The notes: generated by a model from the sequence alone, not told the origin. A DNA stretch of 64,000 nucleotides from Deltaproteobacteria bacterium TL4 (GCA_051382335.1 JBBCAX010000168.1:11915-75914), one strand, 5' to 3'; positions 18,804-29,634 are shown, numbered from the stretch's first letter. Translations and numbers: made by a program.

Positions 18804-21530
18804 TCAGATTTCAGCTTTGACTTCATCTGTGGTGGCCTGTGTTCCTGCAGCCGGTTTAGGTGAAGTGGTTTTGGGTGGAGGAGGTGTCCTTTTCTTTGTG
18901 GTTTTTGTTTCAGACGAGGCCTCTTTTGAAGTCGCCGAGGTCGCCTTTTTAGTTCTGGTCGAAGTTTTATGCTTGGGGCCTTCCTGAATCACTTCTTTCT
19001 CTTGTAAACTTTCTCCCTTTTTAGGAGGTTGTTTTTTTCGAGAGTTTGTGGTTTTGGCAGCCGTCTGTGGTTTTTTTTCTGCTGTTTTATCAGCGTCTGC
19101 CGCTTCTCCTGTGTTCTCGGAGGCCTGTTCTTTCGCAGCAGTAACCATAGCCTTTTGCTCAGGCATGTTTTCTGAGGCCGTAGACTCCTTGGCGCCTTTC
19201 TTTTTAGGGTAAGGCGTTCTCCTGGGTTTATGCTTCATTCCTTCCACCGGTATGTTCTCTTTTTGAGAAAGTTCTGGTGTTTCATCGTTTTCTTGAGCTT
19301 TTTCCGATGTTTCAACCACATCCGCCGCTTTTGCACCGTCCCCATTTTCAACCACAACGGTGTTCCCTGTGTTAGACGTATCTAAGGGGGCACCGATGGC
19401 TTGATTCTGCTCCTGACGTGTTTCGGGGGCCGCTGTTTGTGCCGTACTGATCCCGGGTTGGTCCAGTGGTTGCTCTTTGGAAGCTTCATCTTTTCTGAGC
19501 TGTTCCCTGAATTCGTCACCACGATGCGCACTTCTAAACATGATCGGTTCTTTTTTGACGGGGGAACCGATTTTTTCCAGGAGCAACGCGGCACGGCGTT
19601 CTTTTTCCGTAAGTTCCCGCTTTGTTTCTTCCTGGTGAACACTACTGAAAAGCAGTACCGAAGAAGGAAACAAAGGGGCCGTGGGCACTGTTGAGGTTTT
19701 GGGAGCCTGTGCCTGTGGTGTCGGTGTTTGTGGTGTTGAAGCAGACTTGGCCTGAGGCTTATGTTCCTTTCGAACAGGAAGGTGTCGTTCCTTTTTGGAT
19801 TCAACAGGCTTTTCTTCCGCAGATGGCGACTCCATCAGCATTTCTGGTGCGGTTTCTGTCACAGCTTCTACGAGTTCAAGTTCTTCCTCTTCTTCAACAG
19901 GGAGGGGTTCTTCTTCATCCAGGTCTGTGATAGAGAGCACCTCCTTTTGTTCAATATCGTGCCGTGGCTTATGAGGATGATGGCTTTTCTTTTCTTGAGG
20001 TTTTTCTTTAGGAGCAGTGCGTTCCTGAGGGATTTCCTCGACCTCAGGTTCTTCTCGAGGCATTCGCACAATCTCCAGTTTGAGAGGTTCTCCAATTTTA
20101 AGTCCCGTATCCGGAATGAGAAAGATCCGGACATCAAACTCAAATTCCAAATCGCTGATTTGTTTACGCTTGTTATTCAGTAAATAACTGGCGATTTCTA
20201 ATGCGACTTTCACACGAACTTCTTGAACATATCCGTCAACAACGACTTCACGAAGTTGTCTCAAAATGCCATTAGCCATCGAAAGGGAGGAAGGGATACT
20301 TCCTGTTCCGCTACAGGTGGGGCAAACGGCTTTCCAACTGGAAGAGAGACTGCTAGAGATCCTTTGCCGACTCATTTCCAACAGTCCAAATTGAGAAATC
20401 GGAGCCACAGACGACTTCGCCTTGTCTCGACGCAAACTATCCTCAAGCATTTTTACAACAGCGTCACGATTACCTTCCTGTTCCATATCGATAAAATCGA
20501 TGACAATCAGTCCTCCCAAATTCCGTAGACGGAGCTGCCTCGCAATTTCTTCTGCCGCTTCCAAATTAGTTCGTTTCGCCGTTTCTTCAATGGAACGTTC
20601 CTGATTTGATTTCCCGGAATTGACATCAATGGCAACCAGAGCCTCAGTAGGATCAATGACAATGCTTCCACCTGAAGATAAAAGGACACAGTTACTACTC
20701 AACTTCTCAATCTGATCTTCAATTTCTTGAGCCGCAAATAAAGAGCGCTCTCCCATATACAAACTCAGACGTTTTTGTTTATTGGGAATATTGGCTTTGA
20801 AAAATTCGAGAGAGCGTTGAAAGGCTTCAGGGTCATCAATACAGATTTCTTCAATATCATCCGTATAGTAGTCACGCAACATGCGAACAACGGGATCTTC
20901 CTCCCTGTAGATCAACCCAATATTTTTTCCGGAAGTGAAGGTCAGTTGGATGGCGTTCCACTTTTTTCTCAACATGATAAAATCACGTTTGAGTTCACTC
21001 AAGCTTCGATCAACTCCCGCGGTACGAATGATTGCTGAAGCGTCTTCTCCTCCTAAGCCCTCCAATAAATGCTTAAGGCGTGTTCGCTGTTCCACATCTT
21101 CAATTTTTTTAGAAACACCCCCTTTATTGCAGTTGGGCATAAACACCAAAAACCGTCCTGGCAGGGAAATATTGGTTGTCAGGGTTGCGCCTTTATGCGC
21201 AATTTCGTCCTTAACCACTTGCACTAAAATTATTTGTCCGGGTTTCAACAGGCGTTCAATGGGGGGTCTTGATCTTGTGGAACGGGCAGATTTGTATAAC
21301 TGCAGATTTACGTCGGAAACGGGTAAAAATCCGTGTCTATTGGCTCCATAGTTGATGAAAGCCGCTTGAAATGCTGTGTGGATTTTGACAACAACCCCAC
21401 GGTAAATATTGCCTACCGTTTGAGCACTATCGGTGTGTTCTATATGTAAGTTTTCTAAAACGCCGTCTTCCACTGTGGCAATACGGGTTTCATCGTTTTC
21501 TACATTAATGAGTATTTTACTATTGGTCAT
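18804..21530 (-). CDS. rne: Ribonuclease E (Rne/Rng) with disordered C-terminal half
   Basis: S1 domain GNIYRG, AIDVNSG, LRLRNLGGLIVIDFIDM, CPTCSGTG; low-complexity tail. Confidence 0.93.
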   Translation of the reverse strand: MTNSKILINVENDETRIATVEDGVLENLHIEHTDSAQTVGNIYRGVVVKIHTAFQAAFINYGANRHGFLPVSDVNLQLYKSARSTRSRPPIERLLKPGQIILVQVVKDEIAHKGATLTTNISLPGRFLVFMPNCNKGGVSKKIEDVEQRTRLKHLLEGLGGEDASAIIRTAGVDRSLSELKRDFIMLRKKWNAIQLTFTSGKNIGLIYREEDPVVRMLRDYYTDDIEEICIDDPEAFQRSLEFFKANIPNKQKRLSLYMGERSLFAAQEIEDQIEKLSSNCVLLSSGGSIVIDPTEALVAIDVNSGKSNQERSIEETAKRTNLEAAEEIARQLRLRNLGGLIVIDFIDMEQEGNRDAVVKMLEDSLRRDKAKSSVAPISQFGLLEMSRQRISSSLSSSWKAVCPTCSGTGSIPSSLSMANGILRQLREVVVDGYVQEVRVKVALEIASYLLNNKRKQISDLEFEFDVRIFLIPDTGLKIGEPLKLEIVRMPREEPEVEEIPQERTAPKEKPQEKKSHHPHKPRHDIEQKEVLSITDLDEEEPLPVEEEEELELVEAVTETAPEMLMESPSAEEKPVESKKERHLPVRKEHKPQAKSASTPQTPTPQAQAPKTSTVPTAPLFPSSVLLFSSVHQEETKRELTEKERRAALLLEKIGSPVKKEPIMFRSAHRGDEFREQLRKDEASKEQPLDQPGISTAQTAAPETRQEQNQAIGAPLDTSNTGNTVVVENGDGAKAADVVETSEKAQENDETPELSQKENIPVEGMKHKPRRTPYPKKKGAKESTASENMPEQKAMVTAAKEQASENTGEAADADKTAEKKPQTAAKTTNSRKKQPPKKGESLQEKEVIQEGPKHKTSTRTKKATSATSKEASSETKTTKKRTPPPPKTTSPKPAAGTQATTDEVKAEI

Positions 21531-21662
21531 CCTTCTCCTTAAGGAGTTGTGAGGGAGGAAGGATGCTCTACCTTAATTTCGTTTCCAGTTTTAAAGCGCT
21601 ACTAACCATATTTCACTTTTCTTTTTCGATTTCCTCAACATCCATCTGTCCCCTCCCCACAA
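21528..21662 (-). promoter_or_regulatory. Putative structured rne leader (anti-SD / anti-anti-SD)
   Basis: Segment 21565-21547 is complementary both to SD+AUG (21538-21528) and to upstream 21662-21639. Confidence 0.45.
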
Positions 21663-21987
21663 TACTACCAAATCTGACACACACTCTTTAGCGCATATCC
21701 CTGTATCAGCGAGCGATCAAGCCTGAGGAAAAAATCATCACATTTTGGAAAGTCGTTCTTGCCCCTCTTGTTCAAGCATGTTTTAAGCTGATTCCTGAAT
21801 ACAAAACGGAACACATACTTTTATGGCAACGATAGCAACAGTTTTTCTCTATTGAGCAGAGAAAGGTTTCGAGTGAAATTTTACGGCTTCGGATTGAAAG
21901 CCAAAGCCTGGGTTTTTTAAAAATCCCTAAATAAGCGTAAACCGGAAAATGACTGATCCATTCAGATAGAACATCCTCGTTCTTCTG

Positions 21988-22215
21988 CTAGTCTTCTAGC
22001 TTAAATTCTACTTGCTCATGCTCTCCATTTTCATTTTTGAGTATGAGATCAATGCGCTTTTCCGCTTTGTCTAAAAATTGATGGCATTGTCGACTCCACT
22101 GAACCCCCTGCTCAAAAAATCTAAGTGAGTCTTCCAAGGATAGTGAGCCTTCTTCCAATTTTGTTACAGCATTTTCCAAATTTTGGAGAGCCGATTCAAA
22201 AGTGCTTTTTGTCAT
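21988..22215 (-). CDS. xseB: Exodeoxyribonuclease VII small subunit
   Basis: TFESALQNLE...LEEGSLSLEDSLRFFEQG...L.KAE. Confidence 0.93.
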   Translation of the reverse strand: MTKSTFESALQNLENAVTKLEEGSLSLEDSLRFFEQGVQWSRQCHQFLDKAEKRIDLILKNENGEHEQVEFKLED

Positions 22216-22581
22216 CTTTCTTGAAATGATGAAAAGATTAACATTATTTTTTAGAGCGGCCCCAGTAGTAACACTACTTTACATTGAAATCAAACTATTT
22301 TTACGGCATTCTTCGAATCATTGTTCTTTCTTTGATTTGTGTGACTCCCGAAGGTCAGGAGAGAATAATTTTCCATAAAATCCATTAAGGTGGAGAGCGG
22401 AGAGGGGATATTTTTCAAATTTGTTGTAAAAGACAGGTGTTGGAGAAAGATAAGTACCTTCATGCATGAAAATCACTTGCGAAATTAATCGCACCGTGTT
22501 TTTGATTAAGTACAGACTCATAAAACGGAACCAATTACGAGTACACAACTTTGTAACAAGAAAGACAACAGGAGGAGTCGG

Positions 22582-25434
22582 GTGTCTATCAAAAAAATAC
22601 TCCATCTGAGCATACTGATTGTTGGATTAATCATCGGTGTTTCAGAGGCAATGGGAGAAACGGAGCTAAAAGCCAGAGAAGGGGTTTTGGATCTACACCA
22701 GTGGGATTTTAAAAAGCAAGGCTCTCTCCTCTTGAAAGGACCTTGGGAATTTTATTGGAAGCAGCTTGTTTATCCTGCTGATTTTCACGAAAAAGGGGCT
22801 TTATCACTCTCCAAGCAATACGTAAACTTGCCTGGAAGCTGGGTGAAGTCCAATAAAAGTGAAGCCCAAAGTTCTGCTGGAGGGTATGCGACGTATCGTC
22901 TTACCTTGGAAGGCCTTCCTGCCAATGTTCAGTTTTCCTTGTCCCTGGGTAAAATTGCTACGGCTTATCGTCTTTGGATCAATGGTGCACTCATTACCGA
23001 GGTGGGTTTGGTAAGTGTCTCACCTCAAAGTGAAATTCCCCGGTTCTTACCTCAGATCGTCTCATTTCAAACCAGCGATACACGTGTTCACGAAATCGTT
23101 TGGCAGATTTCCAGTTTCCACTATTATCATGGCGGCCCCATCACTCCCCTGGTTTTGGGAACGGACCAACAGCTGATTCAAACGGAATTATTGGAATGGG
23201 GGTTTATTTGGTTTGTTGTGGGAGCCCTGGTTCTGGCCTTGGGCTACCTCCTGACGCTATGCTATTATACACGGAAAGAGGTTTCTTACTTTGAACTGAA
23301 CGTCTACCTGGGATTTGCCTGTTTCGTGACCTTGGCTTATATCATTGCCACAGAGCAGGTGATTCCGCTACTCTTTCCAACATTTAATCCTTTTTTTGGA
23401 AATCTAAAGATTGAATTCGTCAGCTATAGTTTGTTGTTCCCTTTGATCCTGATGTCCTTAAGAGAATTATTTCCTCATGAATTTTCCACAGTCGTCTTGA
23501 GAGTTTTCCAGGGAGTCGGCGTTTTATTGAGTCTTTTTAACGCGATTGCCCCCACACGTTGGGTGACTCAATACGAGTGGATCAACCACGGAGTTGCCCT
23601 CTTGGGAGCCCTGTGGGCCTGTTACAGCATTGTGAAGGCTTTCCGAAACCAACGGTTTGGGTCGTTAACTTTGTTGATTGGTGTCCTCTTTTTGATGGTA
23701 ACCCCGATCAGTGCTTATCTCCACAGTGAGCTGATTCTGGAAACCGCGCGTTATGTTTCGTACAGTGTTTTGGGCTACCTTCTGTTACAAGCCTATATTT
23801 TAGCAAAACAGTTTATTGCCGCAGTCAAAGACTCCGAAACCTATGAAAGCGAATTAAAGAAGCTTAATCAGGAGTTGGAACAGAAAATTAAAATCCGCTC
23901 TCAGGATTTGCATGAGGCCTTAAATCTGGTTGAAGGGATTCTTCAGAACATTCCGATCGGGATCAATCTGATTTCAAAAGAAGGAAAAGTCATCAATCAG
24001 AATAAAGCCATTGAAACACTTTTTGGCCCCTATTTTCCGTTGCTGCACGTTGGAAATAATATCCGGGACAACAAACTCATGAAAACAACCGGACTCTTGA
24101 GTCAATTTGAAAAAGCGTTGCAAGGGGAACAATCGTTTCATCCCAATATGGAAATTAAATTACAAACCAGGAATTTTATCCTCAATGTTTACATGGCTCC
24201 GGTTATCAATAAAAAGAAGGAAATTGAATCTGTGCTGCTGATGTTACAGGAAAATTCGCAACAAGCGCAACATGAAGCTTCCTTGCAGCAAGCCTATCAG
24301 GAAATGTCTTCGGCAAATGAGGAAATTAGCAATATCAACAACTTAATGGAAAACATCAACTCCACCCGGGACTTGGATGAGGTGCTGAGACATGTTCAAG
24401 CGGCAATGCGGCATTTGATTGATTTTGAGAGCATTGGTTTGTTTTTTTATCATCAAGACACAAACAGCCTTAAAATGGATCAAATTTTCTCGAAAATCCA
24501 TTCTACGGAACAAATCAATAAGATCAAAGAGTTGACGCTTTCCGTGAACACAGACTCAAAACTTTCAGAGGTTTTTCTTCAAAAGAAACAAATCTATATT
24601 TCTTATCTGGTTCTCAACGAACTCAGCAGTTTTGATCGGCAGTTGCAACAAAGGACGTCGTGTCATTCTATGCTGATGTGTCCGATGGAAGTTCAAAATG
24701 AAATATTTGGAATCTTGCTGTTCTTCAGTACGAAACCGGGATTTCCACTAGCCGATAAAGTGTTGGAAATTATTCAAAGTTATGCGGTCCAGATATCCCT
24801 GGCCGTTAAAAATGCTCAAGGCTATAAGATACTACAGCGCCAATCGATGGTGGATCCCTTGACTCAATTGTTTAATCGGGTTGGATTTATGGCCCGATTT
24901 AACAAATTTTGTGAAAGTGCCTATGAGCGTATTACGGTAGGGAAAATGGGGATCGCTCAGATTTCAATCATTATGATTGATGCGGATCATTTCAAGAGGG
25001 TGAATGATACCTATGGTCACGATGCAGGAGATCGTGTCTTAAAGACACTCGCAAAAGTCCTGGAGGAATCTAAATTACGGGATATTGACGTGAATGGACG
25101 TTTTGGTGGAGAAGAGTTTATTGTGATTCTCCCCGCAACGGGGATCACCGGAGCGGTCAGGGTTGCCGAACGCATAAGGGAAAAAATTGAGCAAAGAGCG
25201 TTTGTGATTGATGATCAAGGAACGGTCATTAACATTACCGCGTCTTTAGGGGTTGCGTCCGCAACAATTGAGCATCACACCTCAGCCTGGTTAAAACATG
25301 CCGAGAGTCTGTTTGCTCAACTTTATACCAAGAGTGATGAACATCTATATCACGCTAAAGAAAATGGAAGAAATCGAGTGAGTCAAAACACTGATTATAT
25401 AGACTTATCAGGTACACCTCATGGTGGTGAATGA
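22582..25434 (+). CDS. 7TM-DISM / PAS / GAF diguanylate cyclase
   Basis: LKGPWEFYWKQL, TM helices, DPLTQLFNR, DADHFKRVND, RDID I-site, GGEEF. Confidence 0.92.
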   Translation: MSIKKILHLSILIVGLIIGVSEAMGETELKAREGVLDLHQWDFKKQGSLLLKGPWEFYWKQLVYPADFHEKGALSLSKQYVNLPGSWVKSNKSEAQSSAGGYATYRLTLEGLPANVQFSLSLGKIATAYRLWINGALITEVGLVSVSPQSEIPRFLPQIVSFQTSDTRVHEIVWQISSFHYYHGGPITPLVLGTDQQLIQTELLEWGFIWFVVGALVLALGYLLTLCYYTRKEVSYFELNVYLGFACFVTLAYIIATEQVIPLLFPTFNPFFGNLKIEFVSYSLLFPLILMSLRELFPHEFSTVVLRVFQGVGVLLSLFNAIAPTRWVTQYEWINHGVALLGALWACYSIVKAFRNQRFGSLTLLIGVLFLMVTPISAYLHSELILETARYVSYSVLGYLLLQAYILAKQFIAAVKDSETYESELKKLNQELEQKIKIRSQDLHEALNLVEGILQNIPIGINLISKEGKVINQNKAIETLFGPYFPLLHVGNNIRDNKLMKTTGLLSQFEKALQGEQSFHPNMEIKLQTRNFILNVYMAPVINKKKEIESVLLMLQENSQQAQHEASLQQAYQEMSSANEEISNINNLMENINSTRDLDEVLRHVQAAMRHLIDFESIGLFFYHQDTNSLKMDQIFSKIHSTEQINKIKELTLSVNTDSKLSEVFLQKKQIYISYLVLNELSSFDRQLQQRTSCHSMLMCPMEVQNEIFGILLFFSTKPGFPLADKVLEIIQSYAVQISLAVKNAQGYKILQRQSMVDPLTQLFNRVGFMARFNKFCESAYERITVGKMGIAQISIIMIDADHFKRVNDTYGHDAGDRVLKTLAKVLEESKLRDIDVNGRFGGEEFIVILPATGITGAVRVAERIREKIEQRAFVIDDQGTVINITASLGVASATIEHHTSAWLKHAESLFAQLYTKSDEHLYHAKENGRNRVSQNTDYIDLSGTPHGGE

Positions 25435-25658
25435 ATAACGATTTGTCTTCCGCCGACGTATTGCGTAAAAAGGCGGAACGCCTTGAAACAATGGAGGGAA
25501 TCTGTTGTAGGACTTTTTGTTTTTCAAAATAGTTCTTTTGATAGACAGGAGGCCTTTAATAAGCTATAACAAGATAGAGGAGTAAGCGCCAAGAGATCAA
25601 TCAATGAACTCCCATCTTGTCAAGAAGAGCCCCATAACTGCATCCCGAAAGGAGCGTT

Positions 25659-26444
25659 ATGATTCAGTCCGAGCAAACTACGGTTTCAAATGTATCTTGT
25701 GTGAATCCTGAGGAAATGGTTCCTCAAGCTTCACCCTCTCTTTGGAGTCCGTTTGAATTGAAACAAGCCATTGTTGAGTTAAAAACTGCGTTATCAGAGG
25801 GGCAGGATCTCTCGGCATTACCCGTAGGACACGGAGAGCCTATCGTTTTTATTCCCACTTTTCCGTGGGGGGAAGTTTCTGGAAATGTCCTTAAGTCCTT
25901 CTTGAAACGTCTGGGATATTGCTCTCTGACGTTAGGAATTCATCAATTTATTTTTTCCCTGACTTTGTTCCGGGAAATCTTGGTCCAGCGATTGAACCAA
26001 TTGGCCGCGATGGAAGGTCCCCTCGTTTTGATTGGGCATTCTGTAGGTGGGCTTTTTGCCAGAGATATTGCCGCGCAGCACCCAGAGTTGGTTCGTCATG
26101 TGATCACATTGGGTATGCCCATCATGAGTTTTTCTCAGCAGCCCTCCGAACAGACGTTGCAGAATATCCCTGTTTCTTGGCAACTGCCTATCTATGAAAA
26201 CCGGACGCTCTTCCAGGAACTCAAACATCGGATGATTGCGCCGATTTCTGTCCCGAGTACGATTATCTGGAATACTCAGGATCAAACCACTCAACCGAGT
26301 GCCAGTGTGATGCAGTCAGGAGAACAAATTATTGAAGTGGATAGCACTCATTTGGGATTGATTTTCAATTGGAATGTCTTTCATGTGATCGCGGAAGTAC
26401 TCAGTAATGCGTACTTCGCTTATGATTCGGAAAAACTTTCCTAG
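25659..26444 (+). CDS. Alpha/beta hydrolase (esterase/lipase-like)
   Basis: LIGHSVGG, VITLGMP, STHLGL. Confidence 0.82.
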   Translation: MIQSEQTTVSNVSCVNPEEMVPQASPSLWSPFELKQAIVELKTALSEGQDLSALPVGHGEPIVFIPTFPWGEVSGNVLKSFLKRLGYCSLTLGIHQFIFSLTLFREILVQRLNQLAAMEGPLVLIGHSVGGLFARDIAAQHPELVRHVITLGMPIMSFSQQPSEQTLQNIPVSWQLPIYENRTLFQELKHRMIAPISVPSTIIWNTQDQTTQPSASVMQSGEQIIEVDSTHLGLIFNWNVFHVIAEVLSNAYFAYDSEKLS

Positions 26445-26472
26445 TTATTATAGATGTTCAGAAAAGTTTTTT

Positions 26473-26528
26473 CCTGGGAACGCGGGCATCTTGCCCGCAA
26501 AAGCAGGCGGAACGCATGCGCTCCCAGC
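26473..26528. repeat. REP-like element, family B, copy 1
   Basis: CTGGGAaCGC..GCGGGCAtctTGCCCGC..GCGcTCCCAG; inverted homolog at 39041-39095. Confidence 0.75.
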
Positions 26529-26628
26529 AGGAACTTATCTTGATAACTATACTCCTATCCTCATGTGCTGGTAATTTTCATCGCAGGGGATAAACAAAAT
26601 TAACAATTATTTGATTCAAGGAGATTTT

Positions 26629-27228
26629 ATGAGACAAATCAGGAAAATGTTTACAGGGTTCATGGCAGGGATGATATTCTTCTGTGGAAGCGGTATCGCT
26701 CTTGCCTCAACTTATAAGCTTGACGCAATACACAGCTCCGTTGGTTTTGGCGTACGACATTTGATGATTTCAAATGTGAATGGACGCTTCAACAAGTTTG
26801 AAGGGACCCTTGAAATTGATGAAGCAAAAAAAGAATTAATAAGTGTTGAAGCACAGATTGCTGTTGATTCCATTAATACAGAAGATGTGAAACGAGATGA
26901 ACATTTAAAGAGCGCTGATTTTTTTGACGCGACAAAATATCCAACCATCACCTTTAAAAGTACTGATATCAAAAGAACTGGAAATAATTATGAGGTCACA
27001 GGAAATTTAACACTGCATGGTGTGACCAAAAAAATTGTCTTGAAGGGACAGATGATAGGACTTATTGATGCTGGTATGTTCGGAGGAAAGAAAGCTGGAT
27101 TTTCGGCGACAACCACGATCAACAGGGAAGACTTTGGTTTAAGTTGGAGTAAAAACATGGATTCCGGAGGACTCGTTATTGGAAATAGTGTTGAAATCAA
27201 ATTAGAGATTGAAGCGAATGCGTCTTAA
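26629..27228 (+). CDS. YceI-family polyisoprenoid-binding protein
   Basis: Signal peptide, HSSVGFGVRHLMISNVNGRF, RDEHLKSADFFD, GNLTLHGVTK; AGGAG before ATG. Confidence 0.93.
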   Translation: MRQIRKMFTGFMAGMIFFCGSGIALASTYKLDAIHSSVGFGVRHLMISNVNGRFNKFEGTLEIDEAKKELISVEAQIAVDSINTEDVKRDEHLKSADFFDATKYPTITFKSTDIKRTGNNYEVTGNLTLHGVTKKIVLKGQMIGLIDAGMFGGKKAGFSATTTINREDFGLSWSKNMDSGGLVIGNSVEIKLEIEANAS

Positions 27229-27425
27229 TCCAATCAAATAAAAAATCTTCAACTGCTGCCTCCAGGCTTTTGCGTCTTTAAAAGAATCCTCAGCCTGGAT
27301 TTTCCCCTATTTGCTATCCCGTTTTTCCCCTTTCTGAAGAATAAAGCACTTGCCAATGAATTCATGGATGCGCTATTTAGCAGAATAGGAAGTCTTATTC
27401 TCTATTCTCATTTAATAAGGAGTCT

Positions 27426-28202
27426 ATGCGAGTTTTCTTGATTGTTGTGTGCTGTTTACTCTTTTCCGTTGCTAGTAGCTACGCCCAACCTGTTATTAAT
27501 TTTGACTACAAACCTGAAGATCTGGTTAAAATTCCTTCTCCGGTTGAAGTGATTACGCAGGGGAAAAAATTAAATATTCTGACCGATATCCGAGAAACAC
27601 AGGAGGTCCTTAAATACGCTTATAAACGTGCAGAACCTGAGAGGAATGCCGTTTATCTTGGAAGGACATTAGCTATCTTATTACTGGCTCTTGATAATTT
27701 TGATCATCAAACCTTGAGTCAATATTTATTCAAAATTAAAGAGGCCTTGATTGCCTTGGACATTCCGAGGCAATACGTAGACCGTCTGGAGATTGCCCGG
27801 GTACAAATTGCGTCGAAGCGATGGACGCGAGACAAGATCATTCGACAGATCGATTTGGTCTATGCCGAACTGGTCAATACGGTTTCTCCTCAGCAATCAA
27901 AAAACCATATTTATCGAATTATTCAAGGCAGTGCTTGGATGCAGGGGCAAAACTTACTTGCACAGGCCATCAAGAAAAGAAAACAATACGATTCCGCAAA
28001 GGTGTTACTCTATCAGCCGATAGTCGCGGATTTGGTTGTTAAGTACCTGAAGGAGGCCAAAGCGACGGGAGGTTCTTCCACTATTATTGATGGACTTTTA
28101 GTTTCAATGCAGAAGTATCAGGATGCGGTGAAAGCACCGAAGATTGGTCCGACGGAACTCGAGATCATCATCAATGAAACAGAAAAGTTTTTGGTGTTAT
28201 AA
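27426..28202 (+). CDS. Hypothetical exported protein
   Basis: AAGGAG RBS, signal peptide, 258 aa. Confidence 0.7.
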   Translation: MRVFLIVVCCLLFSVASSYAQPVINFDYKPEDLVKIPSPVEVITQGKKLNILTDIRETQEVLKYAYKRAEPERNAVYLGRTLAILLLALDNFDHQTLSQYLFKIKEALIALDIPRQYVDRLEIARVQIASKRWTRDKIIRQIDLVYAELVNTVSPQQSKNHIYRIIQGSAWMQGQNLLAQAIKKRKQYDSAKVLLYQPIVADLVVKYLKEAKATGGSSTIIDGLLVSMQKYQDAVKAPKIGPTELEIIINETEKFLVL

Positions 28203-28287
28203 GGGACTTCTCTTCGCTGTAGGAAAAAACAACCGAAAGCATGACCTGAAAATTATCGTCAAGATGCTCATTATAAAAGGAAAAATC

Positions 28288-28719
28288 ATGATTAACTCGT
28301 ATAAAAGCTGGTGGGTATGTTGTCTTTTTACTGTGATGATGACTCAGATGACGTTGGCAGCAACACCGACAAACTATGAATACTGTAGCGCGTATGCGGA
28401 TGCCTTTTTTGGAAATCGTAATTATCGTTTATCTTCAACAGATTCAGGCTCTTTAACGAAAAAATATGATTATAAATATTTTCATTTGGTCTTATTGGAA
28501 AACGTGGAGTACGCGTTTTTAGCCTGTGGCGATGAAAGCTTTGAACAGTTGGAAATGCAAATATATGATAAAGATAAAACAATGTTGGTGGAATATGGAG
28601 AGCCTGTGAACAGTCCGATTCTTTCCTTTAAAGCAAAGTCTACAGGGATACACACCATTGTCATTCTGGCTAAACAAGGAACAGGAAATTTTGTCTTCCT
28701 CGGGATGCTTAAAGAATAA
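28288..28719 (+). CDS. Hypothetical exported protein (PPC-like beta-sandwich)
   Basis: Signal peptide; YAFLACGD..LEMQIYD..F.AKSTG pattern; start chosen after AAGGA. Confidence 0.6.
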   Translation: MINSYKSWWVCCLFTVMMTQMTLAATPTNYEYCSAYADAFFGNRNYRLSSTDSGSLTKKYDYKYFHLVLLENVEYAFLACGDESFEQLEMQIYDKDKTMLVEYGEPVNSPILSFKAKSTGIHTIVILAKQGTGNFVFLGMLKE

Positions 28720-28830
28720 CTATCAGGAATTTCAGTCGGTTTCGATACCCTGAAGGCCTATTTGCCAAGAAGATCCGCATGGATTGAAGCGTTGCTGAAA
28801 GAATCGGCACGGCGATTTCCCACAAAAACC

Positions 28831-29634
28831 TCATAAATGGTGATAAGCCTTTTGAAAAAGTAAAAGCCCCTCTCCTTCTTCACGAAGATAGGGCAGTCGG
28901 GTCCAATGGGGGTGATTGGTGTAATGATTAAAGGCTTCGGGGTGAGGCATTAAGCCCATAACATTTCCCTGAGCGTTGCACAAAGACGCAATGCCCCAAG
29001 GCGAACCGTTGGGATTGCCAGGGTAAGATTCTGTCGGAGTTCCGTCAGGTGTGGCATATTGTAAAGGAACTCGCCCTTGCTCTAATAAAGGTTTCAAAAC
29101 GGTATCACGATCTCCTTCAATACGGCCCTCTCCGTGACGTATGGGGAGGTAGAGCTGTTCCGTGCCCTGAGTGAAAATACATGGGGATTCTGAATTCACT
29201 TTTAAATGCACCCAACGATCTTCAAAGCGTCCGAGCGCGTTACTGGTCAAGGAGATTTCTTGTGTCCCTATCGTTGTGGTCAGCGCAGGAAGCACTCCCA
29301 ATTTGACTAATACCTGAAAGCCATTGCAAATTCCTAACACGGGTTTTCCTGCCTCGACAAACTCAGCGAGATGTTCCTGAAGAGAGTGATCCTTGACATA
29401 ACTGTACTTAAACCTGTTGGCTCCAACCCGTCCGGCTCCCAAGTCATCACCGTCAAGAAAACCTCCAATAAACACAAGAAATTGATAATCCTGAAGTTGC
29501 ACCTTCCCACCGGTCAATTGTGAGGTATGGATGATTTCTACCTGCCCCTGTCCTGCCTGTTCACAAGCATAGGAGGTCTCACGTTCGCAATTGAGTCCGT
29601 ATCCGGAAAGTATTAAAGTTCGGTGTGATTTCAT
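28831..29634 (-). CDS. purQ: FGAM synthase glutaminase subunit
   Basis: GYGLNCERE, GGFLDGD, LGICNGFQ, RHGEGR, NPNGS, MPHPE. Confidence 0.95.
   Translation of the reverse strand: MKSHRTLILSGYGLNCERETSYACEQAGQGQVEIIHTSQLTGGKVQLQDYQFLVFIGGFLDGDDLGAGRVGANRFKYSYVKDHSLQEHLAEFVEAGKPVLGICNGFQVLVKLGVLPALTTTIGTQEISLTSNALGRFEDRWVHLKVNSESPCIFTQGTEQLYLPIRHGEGRIEGDRDTVLKPLLEQGRVPLQYATPDGTPTESYPGNPNGSPWGIASLCNAQGNVMGLMPHPEAFNHYTNHPHWTRLPYLREEGEGLLLFQKAYHHL

Noticed and set aside
18804..20050. Low-complexity K/E/T/P-rich region as a separate repeat protein
   Set aside because: Normal disordered scaffold of RNase E
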